Virus record (IMG/VR): IMGVR_UViG_3300027969_000041
Source of the DNA: a virus
Lineage: Duplodnaviria > Caudoviricetes
Strand: one strand, 5' to 3'
Length of the DNA: 64,000 nt
Position 1 is the stretch's first letter. Each line of letters opens with the position of its first letter. This document shows, piece after piece, positions 16,253 to 26,800 of the stretch. The notes beneath the pieces were generated by a model that was given only the letters and a program-made list of their open reading frames with translations, was not told the origin of the DNA and did not search any database. The translations under genes were made by a program, and so were the position numbers.

Positions 16253-17262
16253 AGGTTATTATAAATTTCTAACAATGTATTTTTATCAAACTGTTCGCTC
16301 TCAATATTGATAAGTTGCTCAGTAACAATTTGATCAACACTTTCAAACTTAGTATCTGGATTATCGTCTATAGTACCTTCTAAGTTTGTCTTATCTTGGA
16401 TAAGACTAATTTCTCGGATATCATAATCTGCAATAAATGTTTCTTTGATAAAGTTCGCTTCTTCATAGCTAATATCGATATCAAGATGCACCTTTAAATG
16501 CATCTTTGATTTCATAATAGTATCTTTTTTATCAATCAAATCGCTGAGTTTAACAGATCTGTACTTAGGACAGTTAGGCCAATTAATATAATTAGGTTCT
16601 CCGCCCCACTCTAGCGTCATCATGCCGCGATCGTCGTCCCATGTATCTGAGAAGTTGTGAGGAAAAGCATTTCCAATGTACTGTACTTTGCTATTAGTTT
16701 GCCGCTTATGGAAATGTCCGCTGAATACATAGTCTGGACTAGTAAAATCTTCGGCTCTGAGTTCGCCGTGATCGGGCATCTGTACCATTGCATTCATAAA
16801 GAACTTAGGTAATTCAAAATGACCGAATACATATTTGCTTTTAATATTCCGCATACCCTTCCACTCGTCGCCCACCAACCACGGTACAAGGGTAACATCG
16901 CCTAGAGTGGTGACAGAGTCTACGACAGTTACGCCAGGGATATGGCGTCCGAACGCACTGCTATGGATGTCTCGCTTGTCCTTGTAGAACAAATCGTGGT
17001 TGCCTGGAAACCAATAGAACTGCTCAAAGGCAGCTCCTAGTTTTTCCAAACAACGGAGGCTTGAATCTAATGTGAATAAATTTAGACTGTTACGGTTATG
17101 CGACCAATCTCCGAGAAAGATGCAAGTTTCCGCACCTTCTTGTTTAGCTTCTGCAATAAACCAGTCTACAAATTCTTCACAGTCTCGTAAATGTGTTGTT
17201 GAATTGGACTTAAGACCAAAATGTATGTCAGTAAAACACGCTACCTTCTTAAACAAGGGCAT
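16249..17262 (-). CDS. gp47: Recombination nuclease subunit (gp47/SbcD/Mre11)
   Basis: Metallophosphoesterase motifs TDIHFG, FLGDW, GNHD, GHFE and SGHFH. Confidence 0.95.
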   Translation of the reverse strand: MPLFKKVACFTDIHFGLKSNSTTHLRDCEEFVDWFIAEAKQEGAETCIFLGDWSHNRNSLNLFTLDSSLRCLEKLGAAFEQFYWFPGNHDLFYKDKRDIHSSAFGRHIPGVTVVDSVTTLGDVTLVPWLVGDEWKGMRNIKSKYVFGHFELPKFFMNAMVQMPDHGELRAEDFTSPDYVFSGHFHKRQTNSKVQYIGNAFPHNFSDTWDDDRGMMTLEWGGEPNYINWPNCPKYRSVKLSDLIDKKDTIMKSKMHLKVHLDIDISYEEANFIKETFIADYDIREISLIQDKTNLEGTIDDNPDTKFESVDQIVTEQLINIESEQFDKNTLLEIYNNL

Positions 17263-17282
17263 TAATAATTCTCCTAACTAAG

Positions 17283-17311
17283 AGTGTAGCAGGCCTTGAT
17301 TTAAAAGTCAA
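17283..17311 (-). promoter_or_regulatory. Sigma70-type promoter for the gp47 operon
   Basis: TTGACT-17 nt-TACACT with an extended -10 TG. Confidence 0.6.
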
Positions 17312-18222
17312 GGCAGTTTTTCTTCAGTTTCGCCATCTTCTTCGTCGCCGTAATCTTCGCTCTTTGGCATACGCATATTTTTATATAGAATAGCTTGACG
17401 AGCAATCTCTCCTGCATATTCTTGCTGATTCTGTCTAGTTGAACTTGGAGTTAATCCTGCCTCTTCTAGCAAATCGTCTCGAATATTTTGGCTCTTCTTT
17501 TCAATATTTAGAATACGAGTAAATGAGTTTGTTACTGCGGCAGTATAGTAAGCAAATGGGTTTTCTGATTTTGATTCGTCGAATTGTAATCCAATCTGAC
17601 TTAGCTGTAGAATAGCTTGCCCACGCATTTCATCTATATAAGTATAACCTCGCCAATTACTACGCTGTGCGTAACGTTCGCTTAGTTTGATAAACATCTT
17701 ACCTAAGTTTTCTGTAATGCGTCCGTGGTCCTTGCTAAAGTGTCCTGTATCTAACGGACCTTTCCAATGACTCTTACCAACACAGAACAATTCTCCTTCG
17801 TCATTGAACTTCCAATGTTGGAACGGGGGAAAGTTTACTTTATCGTGACTATCTGCTGTAGTTTTGGTTGTCTTCTTACGACCGGGTGCTAGCGGAATAT
17901 GATCAAATGTCATTATACGGATAATAATATCTGTTTTAGCAACAGTAGTGTAATCCGGAGTGCATTCGATTAATTTGATTTTCTTATCGCCGCCGTTTCG
18001 AGCAATAGCAAATGCAATTAATCCTAATCTTTTAGCTCTTGCACGTTTAGCATCTGCTATAGTACGGATGTTAACCTTGTCTAAACTTGGTAAAATAATG
18101 TCGTGTTGGTTATAATCAGGGTTGGTAAAACTTGAATAACTGCATTTACTACGATGTATTTCTGCTAGAAGATCTCGATTGTTTAAGTATTTTACTTTTC
18201 TTATTGTGGGTATAAGGTTCAT
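17308..18222 (-). CDS. gp55: Late-transcription sigma factor, T4 gp55-like
   Basis: KYLNNRDLLAEI N-terminus; RSNWRGYTYIDEMRGQAILQL and FDESKSENPFAYYTAAVTNSFTRILNIEKK; located upstream of gp47/46 as in T4. Confidence 0.85.
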   Translation of the reverse strand: MNLIPTIRKVKYLNNRDLLAEIHRSKCSYSSFTNPDYNQHDIILPSLDKVNIRTIADAKRARAKRLGLIAFAIARNGGDKKIKLIECTPDYTTVAKTDIIIRIMTFDHIPLAPGRKKTTKTTADSHDKVNFPPFQHWKFNDEGELFCVGKSHWKGPLDTGHFSKDHGRITENLGKMFIKLSERYAQRSNWRGYTYIDEMRGQAILQLSQIGLQFDESKSENPFAYYTAAVTNSFTRILNIEKKSQNIRDDLLEEAGLTPSSTRQNQQEYAGEIARQAILYKNMRMPKSEDYGDEEDGETEEKLP

Positions 18223-18247
18223 CTTTTTATTATTATTCCTTGTGTTT

Positions 18248-18316
18248 AGTATAGCACAGAAATGGCTAGTGTCAACCGTTTAGATATTAAAGTAGCAGAT
18301 TATTTATTGGTAAATA
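18248..18316. promoter_or_regulatory. Divergent control region: sigma70-type promoter and ATAAATA toward gp55, TAAATA toward the baseplate operon
   Basis: Minus: TTGACA(18275-18270)-16 nt-TATACT(18253-18248) and ATAAATA at 18307-18301. Plus: TAAATA at 18311-18316. Confidence 0.6.
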
Positions 18317-18334
18317 GCATATCAAGGAACAAAC

Positions 18335-19162
18335 ATGGCAGACTCCCCGATAAATTTAGATAAGACAGCCGCCGCAAGTGCAGTAAAGATGTCTAAGACA
18401 CAGATACTTGGTGATACCTCACCGGCATCTGGTAAATCTAGTTCAGGTTTTAACGCTACTACAATATTAGGAGTTGTTGCCGGTGCTCGGTTGTTGTCTT
18501 CAATATTCAAAAAAGATAAACCGGCAGCTGCCGAAGTTAATATTACGAACGGTGAAGGCATGGATGATAGCCGTGTTAAGATTCGTGTTCCTCCTAAATA
18601 TCTAGTAGATCTAACATCTGGAAGTCCGGGAAGAAACGAATTGAAAAAACTGGGAGGTATAATATTTCCCTACACTCCGAGCATAAGCTATGAACATAAA
18701 GCTGACTATTCAAATGTCCCTGTAATGCACAGTAACTTTGCATTAAACTTTTATCAGCGTAGCTATGTTACCAACATTAGTATATCAGGGAAATTTACTG
18801 TACAAAATGATTATGATGCAAGCGTGTATCTGTCCACAGTTCATCTATTAAGATCATTAACTAAGATGTTGTCCAGCGGTGAACCAAATAGCGGAAGTCC
18901 ACCGCCAGTATGTAGATTAGATGCTTACGGGGATTTCATGTTAAAAAATGTCCCCGTTGCTATTTCTAATTTTAAATTTGAGTTACCCGACGGAGTTGAT
19001 TATTTTACAATTAACGAGGGCCCTTTTAAACAAACTTCTGTTCCTACAGTTTCAACAATTTCATTAACTCTAATACCAATGTACAGCAGAGCAGAAATGC
19101 AGAATTTTACAGTATCTGATTGGTTATCAGATGCTGGTGTTAGAAAATCAGGAATCTTATAA
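18335..19162 (+). CDS. Baseplate tail-tube initiator/cap, gp48/gp54-like
   Basis: First gene of the baseplate operon; GIIFPYTPSI and PPPVCRLDAYG tube-fold-like segments. Confidence 0.6.
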   Translation: MADSPINLDKTAAASAVKMSKTQILGDTSPASGKSSSGFNATTILGVVAGARLLSSIFKKDKPAAAEVNITNGEGMDDSRVKIRVPPKYLVDLTSGSPGRNELKKLGGIIFPYTPSISYEHKADYSNVPVMHSNFALNFYQRSYVTNISISGKFTVQNDYDASVYLSTVHLLRSLTKMLSSGEPNSGSPPPVCRLDAYGDFMLKNVPVAISNFKFELPDGVDYFTINEGPFKQTSVPTVSTISLTLIPMYSRAEMQNFTVSDWLSDAGVRKSGIL

Positions 19163-19464
19163 TGGCCACAACCTATAATCAAACTAGCCCTTATTATTCT
19201 ACAAGTAACAGCAATGGTTATCTTGATATAATCTCTTTTAGAGATATTGCAGCGCAAACAGATGATGTACTATTTGAAGTTACTAGTAATTATCATAACA
19301 GACCAGATTTACTTGCCTATGATTTATATGGGGATGTAAACTTATGGTGGGTATTTTCGGTACGTAACAAGAGTATAATCAAAGACCCTACATTTGATCT
19401 AGTAGCAGGAGTTAAAATTTATCTTCCTACAATTGAAACTATTAAATCTTCGATAGGGTTATAA
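19162..19464 (+). CDS. gp53: Baseplate wedge protein gp53-like (LysM-like)
   Basis: YHNRPDLLAYDLYGDVNLWWVF motif. Confidence 0.8.
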   Translation: MATTYNQTSPYYSTSNSNGYLDIISFRDIAAQTDDVLFEVTSNYHNRPDLLAYDLYGDVNLWWVFSVRNKSIIKDPTFDLVAGVKIYLPTIETIKSSIGL

Positions 19465-19465
19465 T

Positions 19466-21796
19466 ATGTCTCTTACGCTCGATACAGTGGTTATTACTCC
19501 AAAAGAAAATATTCTAAACAACTATAGATCGTACACCTATAATTTTACAATAGCCGCTGTACATGCTTCTGATGTTGCAAACAAAGAATACACTGGCAGT
19601 TCGTCTGATGTTGTTATTGCCAGGTCTGGCGGCAAAGGAACATCGGGAATATCGTCTCAGTCTACAGGCGATATAGCTAAAGCAAGCAGCGATTATGCAA
19701 AAGAATCGACTAGCTTATCTGCCACAAGTGAATCTGTGGCAGTTAAAAAATCAGCATTGAATACTGCTCTTGCAGCCGACGGATTTAATAAAAACAGTCC
19801 CGGTAGATTTGATTTCTTTATTGATAATGTTGAAATATCGACCGACATGGCATTTTCTTCAAAAGGAAGTGTAACACTGCCCGCCACGTTAAAGTTTGAA
19901 ATTGTTGAGCCATATAGTATTAATGGTTTCTTAGAAGCAATGCACGTTGCGGCACTAACAACAGGATTCCCTTCATACGCAGAAGCAACTTTTATTTTCA
20001 AAATGCAGTTTATTGGGTATCCTGACAGGGGAGCCCTTCCTGAACCTAAAGTAATTCCTAAATCTACTAGAAATTTTATGTTCAAAATGTCTGAAATCCA
20101 AATAGATCTTACGGAAAAAGGGACAAGGTATAGATGTGCTGGCAACCCTCTTCCTGGTATGGCGTTAGGTCAGCCAGATGTATTACCAGAACCTGTAAGT
20201 TTACAAGGGCAAACTGTACAAGAAGCGTTAGAAAACTTTTTTAAGAATGTAAATGAACAAAAAATTGCCGCCGACAAAACCGGCAAAGCAGGTGCTGACG
20301 CAGGAAATCATGATATCTATGAAATTAAATTTCCCGATATTGTTAAAGGTAAAGAAACTGGTTCAACAAACAAAATCTCACAATCTAAAATTGCAACTCC
20401 TCTTAGAGAAAACCAACTTTATGCGTTTTTAGATCCCGCCACATCTACAAAATCAAATGCAATGCAAACAGGAAATAGTGCAGCATCATCAATACCTGCT
20501 GACTATGTACTAAAAGATACGCAGATACAATTTGCAGACGGGCGACGGATTAGCGAAGCTATTTCCGCTGTGGTTAGAGATAGTAATTATACTAGAGATA
20601 TATTGAGAGATGTCCCGGGTCACACTGACGATGCTGGTCTCATTAATTACTTTACGATTATAACAGAAACTTATCCTCTTAAAAAATTTGATGCAGTATC
20701 TCGGAGACCTTATAAGAAATATGTTTTTAAGGTTGTACCATATAAAGTTCATCGTACTTCAATTCCGGGATATGAAGCAATTCCGTACAAAGCTGAAACA
20801 CTAAATCAAATAATCTGGAGAAAATATAACTATCTATATACCGGAGATAATATAGATGTACTTAGTTTTAAGTTAAATTTTAATTTTGCATTTCAGTCCG
20901 AAATACCTCGGGGTAATGCTAATAATGATACCCCAGGTGCTACTAGAGGAGCAGCGCCTGATTCGACAGTTGATGTTAAACGTAAAGGTGTTAATGTAGA
21001 AAATCTTAAAACAGATCAAAATTCAGGAGGAACAGTTGCAACAACACCTACTGCTTACAGCATGAGTCGAGTAACTGACGGAACAGCCGGTCAAGTATCA
21101 GACGATCCTTATTGGACACTTGCTAGAAATATGCATGATTCAATTGTTAACTCTACCGGAGGATCTCTACTTATAGGCGAATTAGAAATTTTAGGAGATC
21201 CGTTTTTTCTTGTTACAGGTGCATTTAGTAATAGTATTCCTTTAGAAGAAAGTCCCGGTATTACTATTAATGGAGAGGCTTCCTACATTACCGGCCTTAT
21301 AGTAATTGGTCTTGAATTTAGAAATCCTCAGGATATTGGGACATTTAATGAAGGAGGATTATTAAAATTTCAAGATACTGAACGTGTTCCTTTCGGCGGC
21401 ATATATAAAGTTTCTTCAGTAACTAGTACTTTCAAAGAAGGACAGTTCAGACAAATACTAAAAATTGAAAGGTTGCCGGGTCAATTGCCGAACAATACTA
21501 AAACTGCTCCTGGAGATATCGCCGATGCTTCAGTTACAGAACCAAATAAAATAGATAAACCAGTCGCAGATAGTACACAGGCAACAGGCAGTGCAGCATT
21601 GGATGGTACACAGTCTGGCTCGGGTTCTGCAACTACAATTCCGCCCGGACAGCCAGAAACAATTGCACCACCTGCTGAAATATCTGCTAAAGATATTGCA
21701 AATGCTGTCAGCTCGGCAGCTAACAAAATAATAAGTCCGTTGAGCTTACTTGTTAATAGCATTACTAGCTCGGTAACGAATAAATTTGGAAAATAA
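19466..21796 (+). CDS. Baseplate hub protein (gp27/gpD-like)
   Basis: Between gp53 and gp5; C-terminal ELEILGDP and GIYKVSSVTSTFKEGQFRQILKIER typical of hub proteins. Confidence 0.6.
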   Translation: MSLTLDTVVITPKENILNNYRSYTYNFTIAAVHASDVANKEYTGSSSDVVIARSGGKGTSGISSQSTGDIAKASSDYAKESTSLSATSESVAVKKSALNTALAADGFNKNSPGRFDFFIDNVEISTDMAFSSKGSVTLPATLKFEIVEPYSINGFLEAMHVAALTTGFPSYAEATFIFKMQFIGYPDRGALPEPKVIPKSTRNFMFKMSEIQIDLTEKGTRYRCAGNPLPGMALGQPDVLPEPVSLQGQTVQEALENFFKNVNEQKIAADKTGKAGADAGNHDIYEIKFPDIVKGKETGSTNKISQSKIATPLRENQLYAFLDPATSTKSNAMQTGNSAASSIPADYVLKDTQIQFADGRRISEAISAVVRDSNYTRDILRDVPGHTDDAGLINYFTIITETYPLKKFDAVSRRPYKKYVFKVVPYKVHRTSIPGYEAIPYKAETLNQIIWRKYNYLYTGDNIDVLSFKLNFNFAFQSEIPRGNANNDTPGATRGAAPDSTVDVKRKGVNVENLKTDQNSGGTVATTPTAYSMSRVTDGTAGQVSDDPYWTLARNMHDSIVNSTGGSLLIGELEILGDPFFLVTGAFSNSIPLEESPGITINGEASYITGLIVIGLEFRNPQDIGTFNEGGLLKFQDTERVPFGGIYKVSSVTSTFKEGQFRQILKIERLPGQLPNNTKTAPGDIADASVTEPNKIDKPVADSTQATGSAALDGTQSGSGSATTIPPGQPETIAPPAEISAKDIANAVSSAANKIISPLSLLVNSITSSVTNKFGK

Positions 21797-21798
21797 TA

Positions 21799-23358
21799 AT
21801 GGGAAGTTTTGATCAAAGACGAACAGGGACCTTACCATCTCCAGGGCCATTCCTTGCGGAAATTACTAGTCTACTAGATCCTACATATATGGGAGGAGTT
21901 GAAGTTGTACTTAAAAAAGGACTAACCGGGTCTATTACAAAGCAAAGCAATACTTATATTGTAAAATACATGACCCCGTTTTACGGTGCTACTTCTATTA
22001 GATATGAAGGTAATAACAGCGGAGACTTTAATGATGTACAAAAGTCATACGGAATGTGGATGGTTCCGCCAGATGTCGGTACAACTGTACTCGTTATTTT
22101 CATTGACGGGGATCCAAATCAAGGATATTGGATAGGATGTGTTCCCGACGAGTTTCAAAATCATATGGTCCCGGGCATTGCTGCAACAGAAAATGTAATG
22201 GCAACTCCTGGCCAAAGAATAAAATATGAAACTTCCTCGCTGCCTACAGCAGAATTTCATAAAAGTAGTCAAAAACTCAGTAATCCTAATGTTAACAAGT
22301 TTCCAAAACCTATACATCCCTTCGCTGATAGATTATTAGCGCAAGGGCTATTACGAGATAATGTTAGAGGCATCACGTCTAGTTCCGCTAGACGTGAGCA
22401 CCCTTCTCACGTATTCGGCATTAGCACTCCTGGACCACTAGATCTTAACGGTAAAAAAGGAAAAGTAGGCTATGAGGGAAATACACAAGCACCAATAAGT
22501 CGTCTAGGTGGCAGTACATTTGTCATGGATGACGGAGATTCTAAGGGATTAAACGAGCTTGTAAGAATTAGAACACGCACAGGTCATCAAATTCTAATGC
22601 ACAACAGTAGCGACTTGATCTATATTGCTAATAGTAAAGGAACCGCATGGATTGAATTGACCAGCAATGGAAAAATTGATATCTACGCCGAAGACTCAGT
22701 TAGTATTCATACTGAAGCAGATTTTAATTTCCGTGCTGATAGAGATATTAATATTGAAGCAGGCAGAAATATTAATATGAATTCTGTTAGTAACTTAAAC
22801 ATAAATGCTAGAAAAGATTTTAATTTAATAGTTAATAAAGAAGGCAAGATTTTAATCAACGGAACATTTGAACAGACAGTCAAACAGAATCTAAAAGTTT
22901 CAGTTACGGGAGGAATTTATCAATCTTCCAAAGGAAATCTAAACTTAACCTCTGACAGTTCAGTAAATGTGACATCCGCCGCTAACATGAACTTAAAATC
23001 ATCCGGAACAATGAATCAAACATCCGGTGGAAACTTCAATGTCAACTCCGCCGCACAATATTTAGAAACTGCTAAAGTTATTCAGATGAACGGTGCTCCG
23101 GCTGCATTAGCAATTCCTGCTACGGCTGCAGAAATATCAGCAACACCTACATTACTACCGTTGTTTACTCTACCTAACAGAGATAAAGATGCAGGATGGT
23201 CGGGCCAAAACTTTTATGCTACTGATTCTATCAAGAGTATTATGCAACGTGTGCCTACACACGAACCATGGGCTCAGCATGAAAACTTAAATCCTAAATC
23301 ATTTAGTCCAAAAGGCACTGATACAATTGATGGAACAGCCAACAAAAGAGCAGGTTAA
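21799..23358 (+). CDS. gp5: Baseplate central spike, gp5/VgrG-like
   Basis: OB-fold MVPPDVGTTVLVIF, RIRTRTGHQILM, and repetitive beta-helix C-terminus; no recognisable lysozyme domain. Confidence 0.8.
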   Translation: MGSFDQRRTGTLPSPGPFLAEITSLLDPTYMGGVEVVLKKGLTGSITKQSNTYIVKYMTPFYGATSIRYEGNNSGDFNDVQKSYGMWMVPPDVGTTVLVIFIDGDPNQGYWIGCVPDEFQNHMVPGIAATENVMATPGQRIKYETSSLPTAEFHKSSQKLSNPNVNKFPKPIHPFADRLLAQGLLRDNVRGITSSSARREHPSHVFGISTPGPLDLNGKKGKVGYEGNTQAPISRLGGSTFVMDDGDSKGLNELVRIRTRTGHQILMHNSSDLIYIANSKGTAWIELTSNGKIDIYAEDSVSIHTEADFNFRADRDINIEAGRNINMNSVSNLNINARKDFNLIVNKEGKILINGTFEQTVKQNLKVSVTGGIYQSSKGNLNLTSDSSVNVTSAANMNLKSSGTMNQTSGGNFNVNSAAQYLETAKVIQMNGAPAALAIPATAAEISATPTLLPLFTLPNRDKDAGWSGQNFYATDSIKSIMQRVPTHEPWAQHENLNPKSFSPKGTDTIDGTANKRAG

Positions 23359-23378
23359 AATTTACAATAAATATTAAT

Positions 23379-23816
23379 ATGGCCTATAAGAAACTTGAAA
23401 TTAACAATAATACAGTGGAACAAAACCCACTAACTCAGTCTAGCCAATTTTATAAAGGGTTTAGCTCTGTGAATGAAACTACAGCAGAAACTCAACTCTA
23501 CGATTTTGATTTAATAAAGCAGGACATCATTAATCATTTCAAGACAAAAAAAGGCGAGCGCCTAATGAATCCTACCTTTGGAAGCATTATCTGGGATTTG
23601 CTAATGGAACCGTTAACAAATGAAGTTAGAACTGCTCTCAAGGATGATGTTAATACTATTTGTACGTTCGACCCTAGAGTTACTCCTATACAAATGGATA
23701 TAACAGAGTATGAAAATGGATTTCTTTTAGAACTGACATTGTTAATGAAAAAGACTAACCAATCTACAAATATGCGGTTAGCGTTTGACCAACGTATAGG
23801 CTTACAGGTACAATAA
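23379..23816 (+). CDS. gp25: Baseplate wedge protein gp25
   Basis: KQDIINHFKTKKGERLMNPTFGSIIWDLLMEP and DPRV; ATAAATA at 23367-23373. Confidence 0.9.
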   Translation: MAYKKLEINNNTVEQNPLTQSSQFYKGFSSVNETTAETQLYDFDLIKQDIINHFKTKKGERLMNPTFGSIIWDLLMEPLTNEVRTALKDDVNTICTFDPRVTPIQMDITEYENGFLLELTLLMKKTNQSTNMRLAFDQRIGLQVQ

Positions 23817-23864
23817 AATACCAAGTTTATACACACAATAAATACGGTACAGAACAATAAAATC

Positions 23865-26800
23865 ATGATTCCATCAACAAATAACAAACTGCTGGTTTCT
23901 GAAGATTGGAAAAAAATCTATCAGAGCTACCGCAACGCAGATTTTCAAAGTTACGATTTTGAAACTCTCCGTCGCACAATGATTCAGTATCTTCAAGAAA
24001 ATTTTCCTGAAGATTTCAACGATTTTATTGACAGTAGTGAATATATTGCTCTTATTGATCTTATTGCTTTTTTAGGTCAGAATTTAAGTTTCCGCATTGA
24101 CTTAAATGCTCGTGAAAATTTCTTAGAAACAGCACAGCGCCGCGATAGTATTCTACGTTTAGCACAGTTAGTAAGTTATGTTCCTAAGCGTAATACTCCT
24201 GCAAACGGATTCTTAAAAGTAACAGCAGTTTCTACAACCGACAATGTTATTGACGGTAACGGAATCAATCTAGCAAATACAACAGTTGGCTGGAATGATC
24301 CTACTAACTCTAATTGGTATTCTCAATTCCTTGCTATCATGAATTCTTCAATGGCAGGTAGTTTTTCTTTTGGCAAGCCTTACGATAGACAAACGATCAA
24401 TGGCATCTTAACAGAACAGTACAGGATTAACAGTGCTAACACTGATGTCCCAGTTTATGGATTTACTAAAAATATCGGTGGCACATCGATGGCATTTGAA
24501 ATTGTTTCTTCCGGGTTCTCCGGTAAAACATCAATTTACGAAGAAGCACCGCGTCCAGCTAATCCGCTTGGCCTAATATATAAAAATGATAATCAAGGAA
24601 ACGGTAGTAACAACACAGGATTCTTTGCACACTTCCGTCAGGGTAGTTTAAGTGTTGCAAATTTTGCAGTCGATAATCCAGTGCCTAATGAAATTGTAGG
24701 AGTTAACACTACAAATATTAATAACACCGATGTATGGTTATGGCAACTAGATTCTAATAATTCTTATTCAACTTTATGGACAAAAGTTTCCGATGTTATA
24801 GGCAACAATGTTATCTATAATAGTTTAAGTAATGATGTAAGAAATATTTACAGCGTAACTTCCCGTGATCAAGATCAAGTTGACTTAAATTTTGCAGACG
24901 GTAGCTTTGGTAATTTACCCAAAGGCAATTTTAGATTGTTCTATCGTCAAAGCAATGGATTAACATATTCTATCAAACCAGAACAGATGAGCGGGATTGT
25001 TATTGATGTTCCTTATTACAATAAAAATAATCAACAACATACATTAACATTAACTTTAACTTTAGAATATACTGTAAACAATAGTTCTGGTACAGAGTCT
25101 AATGCTAGTATTCAGAGCAAAGCGCCCCAGGCATACTATGTGCAAAATAGAATGGTCACTGCTGAGGACTATAACATTGCCCCGTTGACGCTGGGCAATG
25201 ATATTCTTAAAGTTAAAAGTGTTAATAGAGTTTCTAGCGGATTAAGCAAGTATTTTGATCTAAGTGATGTTAGCGGCAAGTATAGTAAAACTAATATTTT
25301 TGCTACCGATGGTATTGTTTACAAAGATACTAAAGAAAATATTTTTGAATTTGAATTTACAACTAGAAACGAAGTTTTTGCAGTAATTAAGCAACAGTTA
25401 GCTACAGTAATTTCATCTACCTCAATGAGATCTTTTTACTTTGATCAATATAGTAGACCGTTGCTGTTAGAATCAACATGGTTAGTTCCTGTTCCTAAAC
25501 AACCCAGAGGATATTTTAATAAAGATAACGGCCCAGTTCCAGTTGGCACATTTAATTCTGATAATTTTAAATATATCGAAGCTGGCGCACTAATTAAATT
25601 TGTTCCCCCTTCTGGAAAATTCTTTACAGCAAATGGAAACCTTACTAGTGCAGAATCTACAACCACTCGAAAATATATTTGGTCTAAAGTTGTCCAAGTA
25701 GTTGGCACAGGTGCAGGTACATTAGATGATGGCACCGGTCCAGTAATTTTAAGCGATGTAATTCCAGCTAATTCAATTCCGGTGGAAGTAATCCCTAAAT
25801 TTGTTAATGTATTTTCTTATGCATTTGAAACAGAATTAGTTAATTTATGTTTAGGCCAAAGAAACTTTGGTCTTAGTTTTGACAATGAATCTAGATCATG
25901 GAACATTATTTCTGATACAAACCTTGATATATTATCTTCTTTTAGTCTAGCATCTCAGGGAGATAAAACTAATAATAGTAAAGACGCAAGCTGGATGATT
26001 GCATTTATTTGGAATAGCAAGAAATACACTGTAAGATATAGAAACACCGATTTTATATTTGAAAGTGAAAAAGAAACTGCGTTCTTTGTTGATGCTGATT
26101 CAATTAATTATGATTTTACTACTGACACAATTGTCAAAGACCAAGTTAATGTATTGTCTATCAATCAATCAAACACATCAACTTATGTTTCTTTGGGCAA
26201 AGATTACACATGGCAAATTGATAACGCAGTAATAGAACCAGATGGCTATATTGAACCTAAAAAAGTTAAGGTAAGTTTTTATGACTATAATAATTTAGGT
26301 CAGATTACTGATCCTGATACATTTAATAATATTGTTCAACCACTTACTACATCTACAAACGGATATAGAGATAAGTTTGTTTATTTTAAAAGGCTATCAG
26401 ACGGTTTGAGATATGTTTTAGTTGACGGAATTGAAGCTTACCCAACACCAGATGCTGTAGGTAATAATCCGGACCCTAGTGTATTATATTATTTCTATGA
26501 TCAAAACTACAATGTAGTAAACACTTATTCTACTACAACTAATGCATGGGTATATCAACCTGAATATTTTGCATACCCGGGGCGCAGTGGATTAAAATTC
26601 CACTATGTTCATAATAGCAGCGAAGATCGTAGGATTGATCCTAGTAAGAGTAATTTAATTGATGTTTACTTATTAACATCGGCATACGATGCAGAATATA
26701 GAAACTGGTTAACAACTGGCATTGGGTACGAACCCCTTGCTCCGACAAGTCAAAGCCTAGAAGAAAATTTCTCATCATCGTTGGAAACAATTAAAACTGT

